A stretch of DNA of 64,000 bases, from the NCBI GenBank assembly GCA_963703315.1, contig OY969811.1, forward strand, positions 224,001-288,000, in the 5' to 3' direction. Shown piece by piece: positions 10,469 to 20,972 of this stretch. The notes below the pieces were generated by a model. It did no database searches. It saw only the letters and a list, made by a program, of their open reading frames with translations, and was not told where the DNA came from. The stretch is from an uncultured cyanobacterium. GTDB taxonomy: Bacteria > Cyanobacteriota > Cyanobacteriia > Pseudanabaenales > Pseudanabaenaceae. The translations under genes were made by a program, and so were the position numbers. Within the stretch, counting starts at the first letter, position 1, and the number at the start of each line of letters is the position of its first letter.

Positions 10469-11236
10469 ATGAGCAAATTCATTGGTTGGCTTGGTGCGTT
10501 GTTGCTAATTTTTTTAGCAGGGTTTGGACTGACTCAATGGTTAAATTTACCTTTTGGCAACTTTATTGATTGGGTAATTGGGGCAAGTATTTTTGTATGG
10601 CTCATCATCATTGTTACCGTCCCTTGGAATCTTTACTTTCAGTCCAAGTCTGTACTTAATCAAGCTGTAGTATCTCAAGAGCGCGGCATCATTGTTAATG
10701 AGCAGCAGTTACCTTATGTCCGATCGCTGCAAACAAGATCGCTCGCTTTAGCACTTGGTTTGCATTTGATTTCGGCGATCGCCCTTTACGTTTTAGCTTC
10801 GAGTGGAGTCGGAACTATCGGATATGTGGGGGCGATCGCCGCACTATTGCTAACGATTTTGCGCCCCGCAATTAGTGCCTACGCCTATATATCCCAGCGT
10901 TTGATAGCAATTTCGCAGCAGATTGATTATCCCCGCGAAGATATCACCGAATTGCGTCAACGTTTTGCCAATTTAGAAGAATCAGTACGACAACTTAACC
11001 AGCAACTCAGTAATGACAATCCCTATTCATGGGTATCAAAATATGAACAGTTTGCTGATGAGACGCGCAAAGATGTGTCTCGGATAGGTGCAAATATAGA
11101 AGATTTAAGAGCGACTAATGAGCGCGAGCATGAACGCTTATTGAAGGAGTCACGACAGGCGATCGCGCAGCTTAGCACTGACAGTCAGTTTTTAGAACAC
11201 GTTCGAGAAATTATTCGTTTTTTTAAGAGTGCTTAA
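10469..11236 (+). CDS. Membrane protein with C-terminal coiled coil
   Basis: About 4 hydrophobic segments then a heptad-rich tail. Confidence 0.7.
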   Translation: MSKFIGWLGALLLIFLAGFGLTQWLNLPFGNFIDWVIGASIFVWLIIIVTVPWNLYFQSKSVLNQAVVSQERGIIVNEQQLPYVRSLQTRSLALALGLHLISAIALYVLASSGVGTIGYVGAIAALLLTILRPAISAYAYISQRLIAISQQIDYPREDITELRQRFANLEESVRQLNQQLSNDNPYSWVSKYEQFADETRKDVSRIGANIEDLRATNEREHERLLKESRQAIAQLSTDSQFLEHVREIIRFFKSA

Positions 11237-11296
11237 TCCAACATAATCACTGAAGGCATCTTTTCTTTTGAGCAGTACAAACTAAATAGATGCCGA

Positions 11297-11833
11297 TCAA
11301 GAAGCTCTGACGTTTTTGATTAGCCAATTAAATTTAGCTTCGGCTAATTCTAGACTGCTGATCATTGATTGTCCAAATTCTCCGAAATGCAATCCCAAAT
11401 CATTGGCATCATGACCATATCCTAGACGGCTGACAGTGCCACGGAGGCGATCGGACAGACAAAGACAAATAGCCCGATAAAATCTTGAGGAAAAATTAAC
11501 GTCCTGCTGGAGCTTTGCTAAGAGTTGAATTCTAGGGATCGAGAGGACCACACATTCTTCTTGCGATCGCACACTAGCAAGGGGCGGACGAGTATCAATA
11601 AAAGATACTTCGCCAACAATTTCGCCGACCGATATTTTCGCAAGTTCCTTATGGTCTTGGGACTCAATCGCAACACTGAATGAACCACTGACAACGATAT
11701 AAAGAGCATCACTAAGTTGTCCTTCGCGAATTAATACCCGATCAGGCGGGATGATTTCCCTTTTACCTTTCTGGACAAACCAGTCAAGGTCACTATTATT
11801 AAGTTCACTAAAGAAAAGTAAAATGTTTTTCAC
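11297..11833 (-). CDS. Cyclic nucleotide-binding domain protein
   Basis: LIREG, LYIVVSG, GEIVGEVSFID...ASVRS. Confidence 0.88.
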   Translation of the reverse strand: MKNILLFFSELNNSDLDWFVQKGKREIIPPDRVLIREGQLSDALYIVVSGSFSVAIESQDHKELAKISVGEIVGEVSFIDTRPPLASVRSQEECVVLSIPRIQLLAKLQQDVNFSSRFYRAICLCLSDRLRGTVSRLGYGHDANDLGLHFGEFGQSMISSLELAEAKFNWLIKNVRAS

Positions 11834-11992
11834 ATTTAACCTCTGTAATTGGATGAAATGTAGGAAGTCATATTCTTGCAGATTATTTTATGAAAATATC
11901 AATGCCAATTAAAAAATTTAAGAAGTTATGATTTTTGGTCTGATTTGATTAAAAGTGTTGTAAATGAACACTTTTAATCAAAACTCTACTTA

Positions 11993-12090
11993 TATAGCAA
12001 AGTAAGTTTTGCTTAGGACATAAAACCAGAAGATGAGTGGCGGCGCGAAGCGCCGCCACTCGCTTCTTGGGGTTTATTTTGTACAACTAT
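11993..12090. repeat. TATAGC-type miniature repeat element (family A), inverted relative to the 20785 copy
   Basis: TATAGCAAAG...GCTTAGGACA...GAGTGGCGGCGC-GAA-GCGCCGCCACTC. Confidence 0.75.
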
Positions 12091-13676
12091 TTAATCAACA
12101 TCAGTTTTAGGGTTATCGGTTTAGATAAATCGCCCTCTAGCAAAATTTTGCAATTGGCATGAAGATGACGTGCAATATGGTACAGAGACTCAATCTCATC
12201 AATGCCATCAATTTTGCTAGCGATTTCTGCTAGCGAAAGAGAGACAGTTGATGATTTTAGAACGTCAACCAGTTTCGTTTGCAGAGCTAATACCTTGGCT
12301 CCAGCTTTTTTACCTGCCTCGACTCCTGGTTGGTGGTAAGCATTGATATTGACTAGTGAGGCATAAAAACTGACAGCACGTTCATAGAGGGCAATTAATG
12401 CACCAACGGTGAGTTCCGAAACAAATGGGATCGTTACCGTGATCGAGTCTCTACCATTTTCGTACAAAGCGCTACGAGTACCTTGCAGAAAACCTAATAG
12501 ATAATCGCCTGTGACCACACCCTCTTCTACTTCAGGATGAGGCTTTGCAGAATCTTGGAGAACTTCGATAAAAGTAGCAAAAAAGTTAGGGACACCTTCG
12601 CGAAGTTGCTGCACATAAGCGTGTTGATCCGTTGAACCTTTATTGCCATATACCGCAATCCCTTGATAGACAACATTGCCATCAAGATCTTTCTCTTTGC
12701 CTAAAGATTCCATTACCAGTTGTTGGAGATAACGACTAAATAATAAGAGCCGATCTTTGTAGGGCAGAACTACCATATCTTTTTCGCCTTTACCATTACC
12801 CGCAAAGTACCATGACATTGCTAGTAGGGCGGCTGGATTTTGACGAATATTTTCGTTACGGGTAGCTGCATCCATCACCCGCGCACCTCTCAAAAATTCG
12901 CGGATGTCAATGCCTTGCAACGCCGCAGGTAATAGCCCAACGGCGGATAACTCTGAGGTGCGACCACCAATCCAGTCATACATCGGAAAAGTATCCAGCC
13001 AGCCATTGCCGATCGCATATTTTTCTAAGGTACTACCGACACCTGTAATCGCGATCGCCTGTTTGGCAAAGTCTAACCCTGCTTCCGCAAAGGCAAACTC
13101 AACTTCTTTCATGCCATTAGCAGCTTCAGGAGTGCCGCCAGATTTGGAAATTATCAATACTAAGGTGGTGCTGAGGCGATCGCCTAACAGGTCAAGCACC
13201 AAGTCAATGCCATCGGGATCAGAATTATCAATAAAACTAATCTTGAGTGGTACATCTGCTTTGGCAAAACACTGAGCTACAAATTGAGGTCCTAGCGCTG
13301 AGCCACCGATGCCAATCGATAAAATATCGGTAAATTTTGATCCCGTAGGAGGATGAATAATCCCCTTGTGAATTTTTTGAGTAAAGTCTTCAATGCGATC
13401 AAGGGTCTCCGTAATATCTTGACGCAATTCTTCGGTAGGGGCGATTTCAGGCGATCGCAACCAGTAATGTCCCACCATGCGTTGTTCATCAGGATTGGCG
13501 ATCGCCCCAGACTCCAAAGCTTTCATATCGGCAAAAGCTTTAACAAACTTAGGCTCTATCTGTGTTACAAAGTCTGGCGTGAACCTAATCCGACTGATAT
13601 CCACGTATATACCTAGCTCTGAATGGTAGTACAGCCAGTCTTGATAACGTTGCCATAGTTCCACAGCCGAACTCAT
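12087..13676 (-). CDS. pgi: Glucose-6-phosphate isomerase
   Basis: [40 protein letters not shown]. Confidence 0.97.
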   Translation of the reverse strand: MSSAVELWQRYQDWLYYHSELGIYVDISRIRFTPDFVTQIEPKFVKAFADMKALESGAIANPDEQRMVGHYWLRSPEIAPTEELRQDITETLDRIEDFTQKIHKGIIHPPTGSKFTDILSIGIGGSALGPQFVAQCFAKADVPLKISFIDNSDPDGIDLVLDLLGDRLSTTLVLIISKSGGTPEAANGMKEVEFAFAEAGLDFAKQAIAITGVGSTLEKYAIGNGWLDTFPMYDWIGGRTSELSAVGLLPAALQGIDIREFLRGARVMDAATRNENIRQNPAALLAMSWYFAGNGKGEKDMVVLPYKDRLLLFSRYLQQLVMESLGKEKDLDGNVVYQGIAVYGNKGSTDQHAYVQQLREGVPNFFATFIEVLQDSAKPHPEVEEGVVTGDYLLGFLQGTRSALYENGRDSITVTIPFVSELTVGALIALYERAVSFYASLVNINAYHQPGVEAGKKAGAKVLALQTKLVDVLKSSTVSLSLAEIASKIDGIDEIESLYHIARHLHANCKILLEGDLSKPITLKLMLIK

Positions 13677-14011
13677 ACGAACCTCACTTTGCTTTGTGTC
13701 AATAGCTTAAAACAGACGATGCACAATGCCAATCGTAAGTGATAAATAGTAACCTTGTTTGATCCTATTCATACAGAATATAGCGATCACGAGTCCATAA
13801 ATTTGCGAATAACAACGTTTTAAGCTGCAATTACGAAGTAATCGCTAGATATACATTAAGAAGTGCATCAAAAGTTGCTTCATGACACCAGCAAAGTGTT
13901 ATGGTGATCCCATAGCCAAATTAGCTATCTAGCGCAACGGGGTAATTAAAACAATATTGCGCGACTCACAAATTTTTAGCTGATTTGGAACTCAGAAGCG
14001 AGGTCATTTAG

Positions 14012-14587
14012 ATGAAACTTGTAATCCAAGGCAAGAATATTGAAGTAACGGAAGCTATCCGCGAATATGTTGAACAAAAGATTGACAAAGCGGTAAGCCA
14101 TTTCCAAGCATTAACCACAGAGGTAGATGTACATCTATCTGTGGCTCGTAACCCTCGCATTGCTTCCAGTCAATCGGCGGAAGTGACAGTCTACGCGAAT
14201 GGATCGGTAATTCGCGCCGAGGAGAAGAGTGAAAATTTGTATGCAAGTATCGACTTAGTCGCTGACAAGATTTCGCGCAAGTTGCGAAAATTCAAGGAGC
14301 GCAAGAGCGATCGCACCGCAGCAAAAACTAGTGTTGCCGTTGCTGAGCAACCTCCTCTTCCCATTCCTAACGGCAATCGTGTAGTTGAGCTACCAACACA
14401 GGTTGTGCGAAACAAATACTTCACAATGCCTGCGCTGTCTGTCGATGAAGCGCTTGAGCGATTGGAGTTGATTGATCATGATTTTTATGTGTTCCGCAAT
14501 GCTGATACAGGGGAAATCAATGTTGTCTATGAACGCAATCACGGTGGCTATGGTGTAATCCAGCCCCATGATGTCAAAAAAAATTAA
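14012..14587 (+). CDS. hpf: Ribosome hibernation promoting factor (LrtA, long HPF)
   Basis: [32 protein letters not shown]. Confidence 0.95.
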   Translation: MKLVIQGKNIEVTEAIREYVEQKIDKAVSHFQALTTEVDVHLSVARNPRIASSQSAEVTVYANGSVIRAEEKSENLYASIDLVADKISRKLRKFKERKSDRTAAKTSVAVAEQPPLPIPNGNRVVELPTQVVRNKYFTMPALSVDEALERLELIDHDFYVFRNADTGEINVVYERNHGGYGVIQPHDVKKN

Positions 14588-14687
14588 TGCAAAAGATGCA
14601 TAGGTAAGAGCAAGTCATGAATTGCCCTTCCTAAGTAGCTAGGAGCAAAAGCTATGGCGCACGCCATAGCTACTTATTCTTCTCAAT

Positions 14688-14724
14688 ACCCAAAAAGGGC
14701 AAGATTTCCTTGCCCTTTTTGGGT
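14688..14724. terminator. Rho-independent terminator after hpf
   Basis: ACCCAAAAAGGGCAAG-loop-CTTGCCCTTTTTGGGT. Confidence 0.65.
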
Positions 14725-14781
14725 TTCTATTTGCTAGTCTAGAGATCTAGACCTATAAAATATTCTCATCCCAGAGTAGAC

Positions 14782-15168
14782 ATGACTGTTAAGTACGGCG
14801 AACAAGCGATCGCAGAAGCAACCCTCACTACTTTTCCTAATCCTAGAATTGGTAGAGATTACAACATTCAAATCACCCTTCCTGAATTCACTAGCAAATG
14901 TCCATTTTCAGGCTATCCTGACTTTGCCACAATTCATATCAACTACACACCCAATCAAGTATTGGTAGAGCTTAAGGCGATCAAGTTATATATCAATAGC
15001 TATCGCGATCGCTTTATTTCTCATGAAGAGGCGGTTAATCAAATTCTTGATGATTTTGTGAAGGCAGGTGATCCTCTTAGAATTAATGTCAAAGGTGATT
15101 TTACACCTCGTGGTAATGTGCATACAGTTGTGGAAGTAAATTACATCAAACCTCAAGAAACAATCTAG
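14782..15168 (+). CDS. queF: preQ0 reductase (type I QueF)
   Basis: PEFTSKCPFSGYPDFA, ELKAIKLY, SHEE, PRGN. Confidence 0.95.
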   Translation: MTVKYGEQAIAEATLTTFPNPRIGRDYNIQITLPEFTSKCPFSGYPDFATIHINYTPNQVLVELKAIKLYINSYRDRFISHEEAVNQILDDFVKAGDPLRINVKGDFTPRGNVHTVVEVNYIKPQETI

Positions 15169-15207
15169 ATCCAAATTCGTCACTAATATTCTGATGGCAG
15201 TTGACCT

Positions 15208-15645
15208 ATGAAAATTCGCAAGAAATACCAAACATCAGCTAATGCAGAAATTAATCTGACGGCTTTGTTAGATGTCGTATTTTCGATTTTGGCGTTTTTT
15301 ATCCTGTTGTCAGCCGCACTTACAGTGCCGAGCCGTGTTGGTATTGACCTACCTGTTAGCAGCGATCGCAATAGTAGCGGTAAGCCGCTCTCAGGGGAGT
15401 CTAATCCCAAAGATTTGTTTGTCATCACGCTTGATCCTTCAGGACAAATGTTAAAGGATGGAAAACTGATTCCTCCGCAACAGTTAACCCAAGATATCAA
15501 TAGCTTTTTGGCAAGATCCTCACAAGGTATGGTTGTGTTGAGTGCTGATGATTCAACTGTCTCTTATCAAATAGTAATTAACCGTCTGGCTGAACTCAGG
15601 GGGATTGCGGGTAATCGGGTGGCGATCGCTACATCCAAATCTTAG
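15208..15645 (+). CDS. exbD: ExbD/TolR biopolymer transport protein
   Basis: EINLTALLDVVFSILAFFIL. Confidence 0.85.
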   Translation: MKIRKKYQTSANAEINLTALLDVVFSILAFFILLSAALTVPSRVGIDLPVSSDRNSSGKPLSGESNPKDLFVITLDPSGQMLKDGKLIPPQQLTQDINSFLARSSQGMVVLSADDSTVSYQIVINRLAELRGIAGNRVAIATSKS

Positions 15646-15664
15646 AAATAGAGATCAGTCTATT

Positions 15665-15736
15665 GAAGTGCGGGTTTGTTTCCCCACCTTCGGCGGGGAA
15701 ACAAACTTCTATACCTTGCTTGATTGAAAAGCGCTA
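15665..15736. repeat. Dispersed palindromic repeat family C (CTTCGG loop, ...TTGAAAAGCGCTA tail)
   Basis: GTTTGTTTCCCCACC-TTC-GGCGGGGAAACAAAC; similar copy at 48560-48632. Confidence 0.7.
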
Positions 15737-15820
15737 TGTCTAAATTAAGTCTGCAATTTGTGTTCAGCTATTTAAAATTCACTATAATCGAAGCAGTTAA
15801 GTCTATCTACTTACAAAAAA

Positions 15821-16978
15821 ATGTTGCCTACTGAACCAAAGAGCTACCTACCTGTAATTCCTATAGACAAACTTAAGTTAAGTTCTTCATATAAAGCTAT
15901 GTTGAATAAGAATACGATTCGTCAATTTGCCAGTAAAACAGGTGGTTTGATCATGAAGCACCCATTTGCGGTGCTAGTGATTGGTTCTTTAGGAATTCAT
16001 GCTGCCTTTGTGCTACTTACTCCCAATCCCCTCAAAACCACTGAGCAACCTCCTGAAATTGTTGTTTCCACACTGCCTGTAGTCAAGCTGCCTCCCCAAC
16101 CATCGACTCTAAACATAAAAACAAATAAATCCGTCTTAGATAATTTATTTGTCAAACCGACAACAAATAGCCTAAACAAGCCTGCCAGTAAATTACCTAT
16201 TTCTAATGCACCACTAAGTTTTTCAAGCTCCTTTGATTACAGCAATCTTGAAACTTTAGAAGATTTTCCACCCGCCTCGACCGACTTTTCTTTTCCGCTA
16301 CAAAATAATTCTCGATTTGATGAAACCCCAACTGAGCAGCGACCAACTCCTGCACCTGTATCTAAAACTCCACCGCCATCTAACAAGATTAACAAACCCA
16401 ATCCTGTAAAGACGGCAACTAATACAACTAATACCAGTGATCTAAAACCTGAGTTTCAAAATAATGGATTAAAGGACAATGTAACTACAACGCCACCTGC
16501 GGCAACCAAAGATGCCAAAGACACGAAAAATTCTAAGGATTCTTCAAATGGTAAAGGTGTTGTCATAGGAGCTTCTAATGGTTCTGAAACTGCTCAAAAT
16601 GAGAAGGAAGTTAAGGATCTTAAATACATTTTCACAACAGACAAGAAAATTGCTGATTTATACTCCAAGAATTTAATCAAAGATACCCAAATTGCGCCCC
16701 CCAGCGTTATCATCTCCAATCCTTTGGAAAGGCTAGAAAAAGGCGTGGAATGGATTCCGCCTAAAGTCACTAATATTGCTGGTAAGAAAGGCACTGTCAC
16801 CTATCTATTGCTGGTTAATCCTGTTGGTAAAGTTGAGACAAGATTTTTGCAGTCAAGCGGTGATAAGGAACTAGATAATCTAGTTAGAGAGGCAGTTGAG
16901 AAATATTCCTTTAAACCGATTGAAGATCCTCAAAGCGGCAGGTATCGACTTGTGAAAGCTGAATATAAATTCTCGTAG
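15821..16978 (+). CDS. TonB-family energy transducer
   Basis: TM anchor SLGIHAAF, Pro/Thr-rich linker, C-terminal GTVTYLLLVNPVGKV...SSGDKELD. Confidence 0.75.
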   Translation: MLPTEPKSYLPVIPIDKLKLSSSYKAMLNKNTIRQFASKTGGLIMKHPFAVLVIGSLGIHAAFVLLTPNPLKTTEQPPEIVVSTLPVVKLPPQPSTLNIKTNKSVLDNLFVKPTTNSLNKPASKLPISNAPLSFSSSFDYSNLETLEDFPPASTDFSFPLQNNSRFDETPTEQRPTPAPVSKTPPPSNKINKPNPVKTATNTTNTSDLKPEFQNNGLKDNVTTTPPAATKDAKDTKNSKDSSNGKGVVIGASNGSETAQNEKEVKDLKYIFTTDKKIADLYSKNLIKDTQIAPPSVIISNPLERLEKGVEWIPPKVTNIAGKKGTVTYLLLVNPVGKVETRFLQSSGDKELDNLVREAVEKYSFKPIEDPQSGRYRLVKAEYKFS

Positions 16979-17012
16979 AACAGACTGAAATTGCTGCTTT
17001 GCAGCAATTTCA

Positions 17013-17067
17013 GTCTATCCATAAGAGAATGGCAGCGCAAAGCGCCGCCATTCTCTTATGGATAGAC
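17013..17067. repeat. GC-AAA-GC palindrome whose arm mirrors the last codons of the adjacent gene
   Basis: GTCTATCCATAAGAGAATGGC...GCCATTCTCTTATGGATAGAC. Confidence 0.8.
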
Positions 17068-18117
17068 AATCGGGAAGTCTTGAGTATACTTGCCATCACA
17101 GGCATATTTAGCGCGATATTCTTGTAAAACCATGCGATCGCCTTCTAATTTATATAGTGCCGATGAGCCGCAATCGCCTAGCCCCCTGAACTTAGTGAAG
17201 TTCGTGAGAGTCTGCGATCGCACATTAAATCTAGGTAGACCAGCGATCGAGCTGTCCGTAATTCGTTTTGGCTTTTCTCCTTCCTTTGGCTCTTGAAAAC
17301 TATCAAAGTCGAGATTTACCACACGGGGTTTCGGAGCTTCATCAATCCAAAGTGCATATTCAAATGCACCTTGATAAGCCGCCAGAAAACATTGAATCTG
17401 CACTAAATATTTCTTGTCAGTAATCTGAAAAGCTTTGGAACCCATACCTGATGTGGTAGGACGGAAATTATCTTTACAAATGCCTAAGCTCTCACGATTT
17501 TGCAGAACATATTGCAAGGGATCGGTGCTGGAGTTACTGGTAGTTGGATTAGATTTATTGGAACGGGTCAGATAGCGCAATAACTGCTCTTTGCTTAAGT
17601 TGCCGTTGGGAAATGCGACTCGTAAGACAGGCTCAGGATTTTGAGTAGTAGGGGCTTCGAGGGTATATACATAACCATCGTTCTTAAATTCGATTTCGCC
17701 ATTCTTCTGAGGATTATAGTCTTTTGCTTCGAGATCTAAGCCACCACTACCATCTTTGTTTCGGCTGACATAATAACGAGGGCGATTGGGTTCTTGATCA
17801 TCAGCACAGATATAAACTCGATAATTAGAAGTCTCACCGTAGGCATAAATCACTTTTGTTTTGCCACAGATAATATCGCCTTCAAGTTCTTTGGTATCTC
17901 CTATGGCGATCGCCTTGACTGAAGTATTGGAGGAGTCAGGCTTAGGTGATGGTGATTGAGTCTCTACAGGAGATGTGGTCGTTGTTGTCTTAGAGGTTGT
18001 AGTTGTAGTAACTAATTTATTGGGTGACGCTAAAGGTTGTGAAGCGTCTTGATTGGCACAGCCAAGTAGGGTGAGGCTTACCATCACAGACATTAAGCTA
18101 AGTCTAGTTTGCAACAT
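17056..18117 (-). CDS. Lipoprotein with DUF1176-like C-terminal domain
   Basis: Lipobox LLGC, Thr/Ser linker, CFLAAYQG and KFRGLGDCG motifs. Confidence 0.7.
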   Translation of the reverse strand: MLQTRLSLMSVMVSLTLLGCANQDASQPLASPNKLVTTTTTSKTTTTTSPVETQSPSPKPDSSNTSVKAIAIGDTKELEGDIICGKTKVIYAYGETSNYRVYICADDQEPNRPRYYVSRNKDGSGGLDLEAKDYNPQKNGEIEFKNDGYVYTLEAPTTQNPEPVLRVAFPNGNLSKEQLLRYLTRSNKSNPTTSNSSTDPLQYVLQNRESLGICKDNFRPTTSGMGSKAFQITDKKYLVQIQCFLAAYQGAFEYALWIDEAPKPRVVNLDFDSFQEPKEGEKPKRITDSSIAGLPRFNVRSQTLTNFTKFRGLGDCGSSALYKLEGDRMVLQEYRAKYACDGKYTQDFPIVYP

Positions 18118-18231
18118 GAGTTCTGCTCCTTATACCTAATATTTAATAACTCAGTCAGTCCTTAATTTTGCTGCAAATAAAAACCGCTATAAGTAACTAA
18201 ATAATCAGGCAAATCTTTTCTTTGGTGACTA

Positions 18232-18258
18232 TTGACATTGACCTTAGAAATAAGTTCC
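18232..18258 (-). promoter_or_regulatory. Putative ECF sigma promoter for the lipoprotein gene
   Basis: Minus strand GGAACTT...GTCAA (GGAAC-N17-GTCAA). Confidence 0.45.
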
Positions 18259-18433
18259 TAAGATATGCATTAATTGACGATTAAACCAGATATATCAAGG
18301 ATTTCAAGCAGTCCATAATAATATAAAAATTACGCTATATCCTAAGATTAACATGACTATACTTTTTACTTGCTTAAGCTAAGATTGTTTTTAGATCATA
18401 GGTTTCTATAATACTTTTTCTATTCTTTAGATT

Positions 18434-18519
18434 TATAGCTGTAGTCAGTTATGTTAGGACAAAACCAAAACCCAAAAGAGAGTTGCGGTGCAAAGCACCG
18501 CAACTCTCTTTTGGGTTTT
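18434..18519. repeat. Family A miniature element, partial
   Basis: TATAGC...TTAGGACAAA...GAGAGTTGCGGTGC-AAA-GCACCGCAACTCTC. Confidence 0.7.
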
Positions 18520-20158
18520 ATGTTTTAACTTGCTTGGCTGTGGCTATATAATCTCCACCTGACCCATATCGCCATGCATCAATCTGACGTTGCCATAGAT
18601 ATTGTTGTTCGGGTAGAAGGTTAGCGATCGCAGGTTCAACGTTCTGCCCAATTTGATTTAAAAAGCTATACGCACCTAGACTGACATAATGTTTCAGCCA
18701 ATTAATGAGAGTGGTAATACCTACCTGTTGCATAATTTTGAGAACTAGTACAGGATCGGCAACGGACATCGCCAGCATCGTTTGGGCAAGGGGAATAAAC
18801 TGCACTACATCTTGCAAAAATGGATAGAGTACCCGATCGCCGAGTTTTTCCATGGCGGTGAATGTAACTCCGAGCAGATAATTAATGCGATCGCTCTCAA
18901 TTTGTTGATTAACTGCCACACTCATCGATTTTTGAAATAACCAAGTCACCGATAAATTTGGCTGATAGGGTTGCAGCGATCGCAAGTTTTCTTTTGCTAA
19001 TAAATCACTTTGCAGCGCTGCATTAATCCCATGCGTTAATCTTGGTAAATGTCGCACCATTGCACCAAATCCACCAAAGCTAAGAGGCGACTGCATTCCT
19101 GAACTATCACCAACCTGCAAAATTCGATCCCAAGGAGTTTGCAAAGGATTTTGTTTATAGGAAGGAAAGAATCCAAAGAGAACGCGCTCAAATTTAAGTT
19201 GATTGAGTTCTATTTCTTGATATTTTGGCAGCCAAAATAGATAGTCTTCCATTAACTGAGCAAAGCTGGGACGCTGGGGATCGGCATCGACATAGGTAAA
19301 CATATAGGTGGTTCTGCCATCTTTCGCAGGAAAAGCTTCCCAAAAGTATTGACATTGATTTTGAATGGGGGTAAAGCTATAAATCAAGTCACCATGAGAC
19401 TTTTGGGGAATGCCTTTAGCACAACTTCCCACCACCATACAAACTCCATCGGGTTTGATATTGCCTTGAACTTGCGATCGCGCTTGCTTGGCAATTGGCG
19501 AAAAATGTCCCATGACATCGAGTAACAATCTTCCTGTGATCTTTTCTGTAACTGCATTTTCAAGTTTGCGAGTTACTTCTACAGATATACCGTGAGAATG
19601 GGTGATCGCTTGTTTAAATGTCGTGTTCTCCCATAATATTCCACCAGCAGCGAGAAACTTCTGTTTGAGAACTTCCAATAAATAAACAGGATCAACACCA
19701 ATATTGAGGATATCGCGCACCCATAGATCTTTTCCTCCTTGAAAGCCAACTCTCGCAGGATTATAAACCGTAGCGATCGCTGTTTCAAGTTCCAATTCCG
19801 TTAGCAAATCCATTTCCAGAAAAGCATTTAATTCCTGCCGAGAAATATTCCATTCCTGTACTCTGCCCCGCAATATCCCTTGTTCGATAATCGCCACATC
19901 CCAGCCACGCATCTGCAAGGCACAGCCAATAAATATCCCCAAAGTGCCACCACAGACAATCACATCAAAATCGCGATCGCCTAATGGTTCTGTTGATGTC
20001 TGCACGACTTGGGCGATCGCTTGGTTGTCCTGACGATAGCTTGTCCAAAAAGCATCTATGCGTTCCAATTGGGCTGGAATCTCGGCAGGCATTTGCGATT
20101 TGACGGTTTCAAATAAAGACATATTTTTAAAAATAGTAAATGTCGGTGAAACCGACAT
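18518..20158 (-). CDS. cruP: CruP-like FAD-dependent lycopene cyclase/oxidoreductase
   Basis: DVIVCGGTLG, QEWNISR, QYFWEAFP, QSPLSFGGFG, PYQPNLSVTWLFQ. Confidence 0.75.
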   Translation of the reverse strand: MSVSPTFTIFKNMSLFETVKSQMPAEIPAQLERIDAFWTSYRQDNQAIAQVVQTSTEPLGDRDFDVIVCGGTLGIFIGCALQMRGWDVAIIEQGILRGRVQEWNISRQELNAFLEMDLLTELELETAIATVYNPARVGFQGGKDLWVRDILNIGVDPVYLLEVLKQKFLAAGGILWENTTFKQAITHSHGISVEVTRKLENAVTEKITGRLLLDVMGHFSPIAKQARSQVQGNIKPDGVCMVVGSCAKGIPQKSHGDLIYSFTPIQNQCQYFWEAFPAKDGRTTYMFTYVDADPQRPSFAQLMEDYLFWLPKYQEIELNQLKFERVLFGFFPSYKQNPLQTPWDRILQVGDSSGMQSPLSFGGFGAMVRHLPRLTHGINAALQSDLLAKENLRSLQPYQPNLSVTWLFQKSMSVAVNQQIESDRINYLLGVTFTAMEKLGDRVLYPFLQDVVQFIPLAQTMLAMSVADPVLVLKIMQQVGITTLINWLKHYVSLGAYSFLNQIGQNVEPAIANLLPEQQYLWQRQIDAWRYGSGGDYIATAKQVKT

Positions 20159-20166
20159 TTACTATC

Positions 20167-20733
20167 CTAGAGCTTATATCGAGGATCGCAATAGTCTCGT
20201 AGCCATTTATTGGCGGCATCAGCGATCGCCGCATCACTGACATCTACAGGCGGCGCTTGCCCAATTCGCATAAATGCCATATCTAAGCGCCAACCCTTAG
20301 AAGTCGGTACTACAAATAGCCAATAAGCTCTTTGGGAAGTCTCTGCTCTTCCCGTTTGTCGTTCTAATACTGATAAAAAAATCTGCTCTGGTAGGCGATC
20401 TCGGGACTGGTCAGGTGCTAGGGGCAAAGGCTCAAGTTCGGGCTGACTGATGTTCATTACCTCGCGTTTAATCCGTAATCGACTATAAACACGATTGAGA
20501 TAATCGGGTAAGTCCTTTGCCAGTGCTTTGCTTAAATTGGGGAAGTCGGCAGGGCAAACACGATTATTTATATAGGTTTCCGCATTTGTGCTGCTAGGTA
20601 TGGAGAATAGGGTGCTAAGGGCGATCGCTATTAGGTTTCTGCGATTTAATAAAGACCCAGATTTTTTGTGGCGCGGCGCAGCCACGCCACAAAAAATTGG
20701 GTCTTTATTTTCCTGCGAATCCCTTATTGTCAT
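20167..20733 (-). CDS. Conserved cyanobacterial exported protein (Tat-like NRRNL signal)
   Basis: DLPDYLNRV, ELEPLPL, YWLF motifs; start uncertain (20733 or 20772). Confidence 0.65.
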   Translation of the reverse strand: MTIRDSQENKDPIFCGVAAPRHKKSGSLLNRRNLIAIALSTLFSIPSSTNAETYINNRVCPADFPNLSKALAKDLPDYLNRVYSRLRIKREVMNISQPELEPLPLAPDQSRDRLPEQIFLSVLERQTGRAETSQRAYWLFVVPTSKGWRLDMAFMRIGQAPPVDVSDAAIADAANKWLRDYCDPRYKL

Positions 20734-20784
20734 TGTCGATATCCATCGCTGACTTGTGAGAATTTTGATCATAATATTTGATCG

Positions 20785-20898
20785 TATAGCAAAGCAAGAG
20801 TTGGTTAGTACAAACTAAAACCCAAGAAGCGGGTTGCGGCGCTCCGCGCCGCAACTCGCCTTCTGGTTTTGTGTCCTAAGCAAAATTTTTTTGCTATA
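20785..20898. repeat. Family A miniature inverted-repeat element, complete copy (114 bp)
   Basis: Terminal IR TATAGCAAA...TTTGCTATA, internal GCGGCGC/GCGCCGC hairpin, TGTCCTAAGC box. Confidence 0.8.
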
Positions 20899-20972
20899 TA
20901 CTTGGGGCAGAAGTTAAGTAGCTCAATAATTATGTATTTTTGCCGTAAATTTGGCTTTGCAATCAGATTACT

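Noticed and set aside
14782..15168. QueF possibly inactive (EFTSKCP) or part of a 7-deazaguanine DNA-modification island
   Set aside because: The catalytic CP...PD motif is intact, and no dpd or other que genes are nearby
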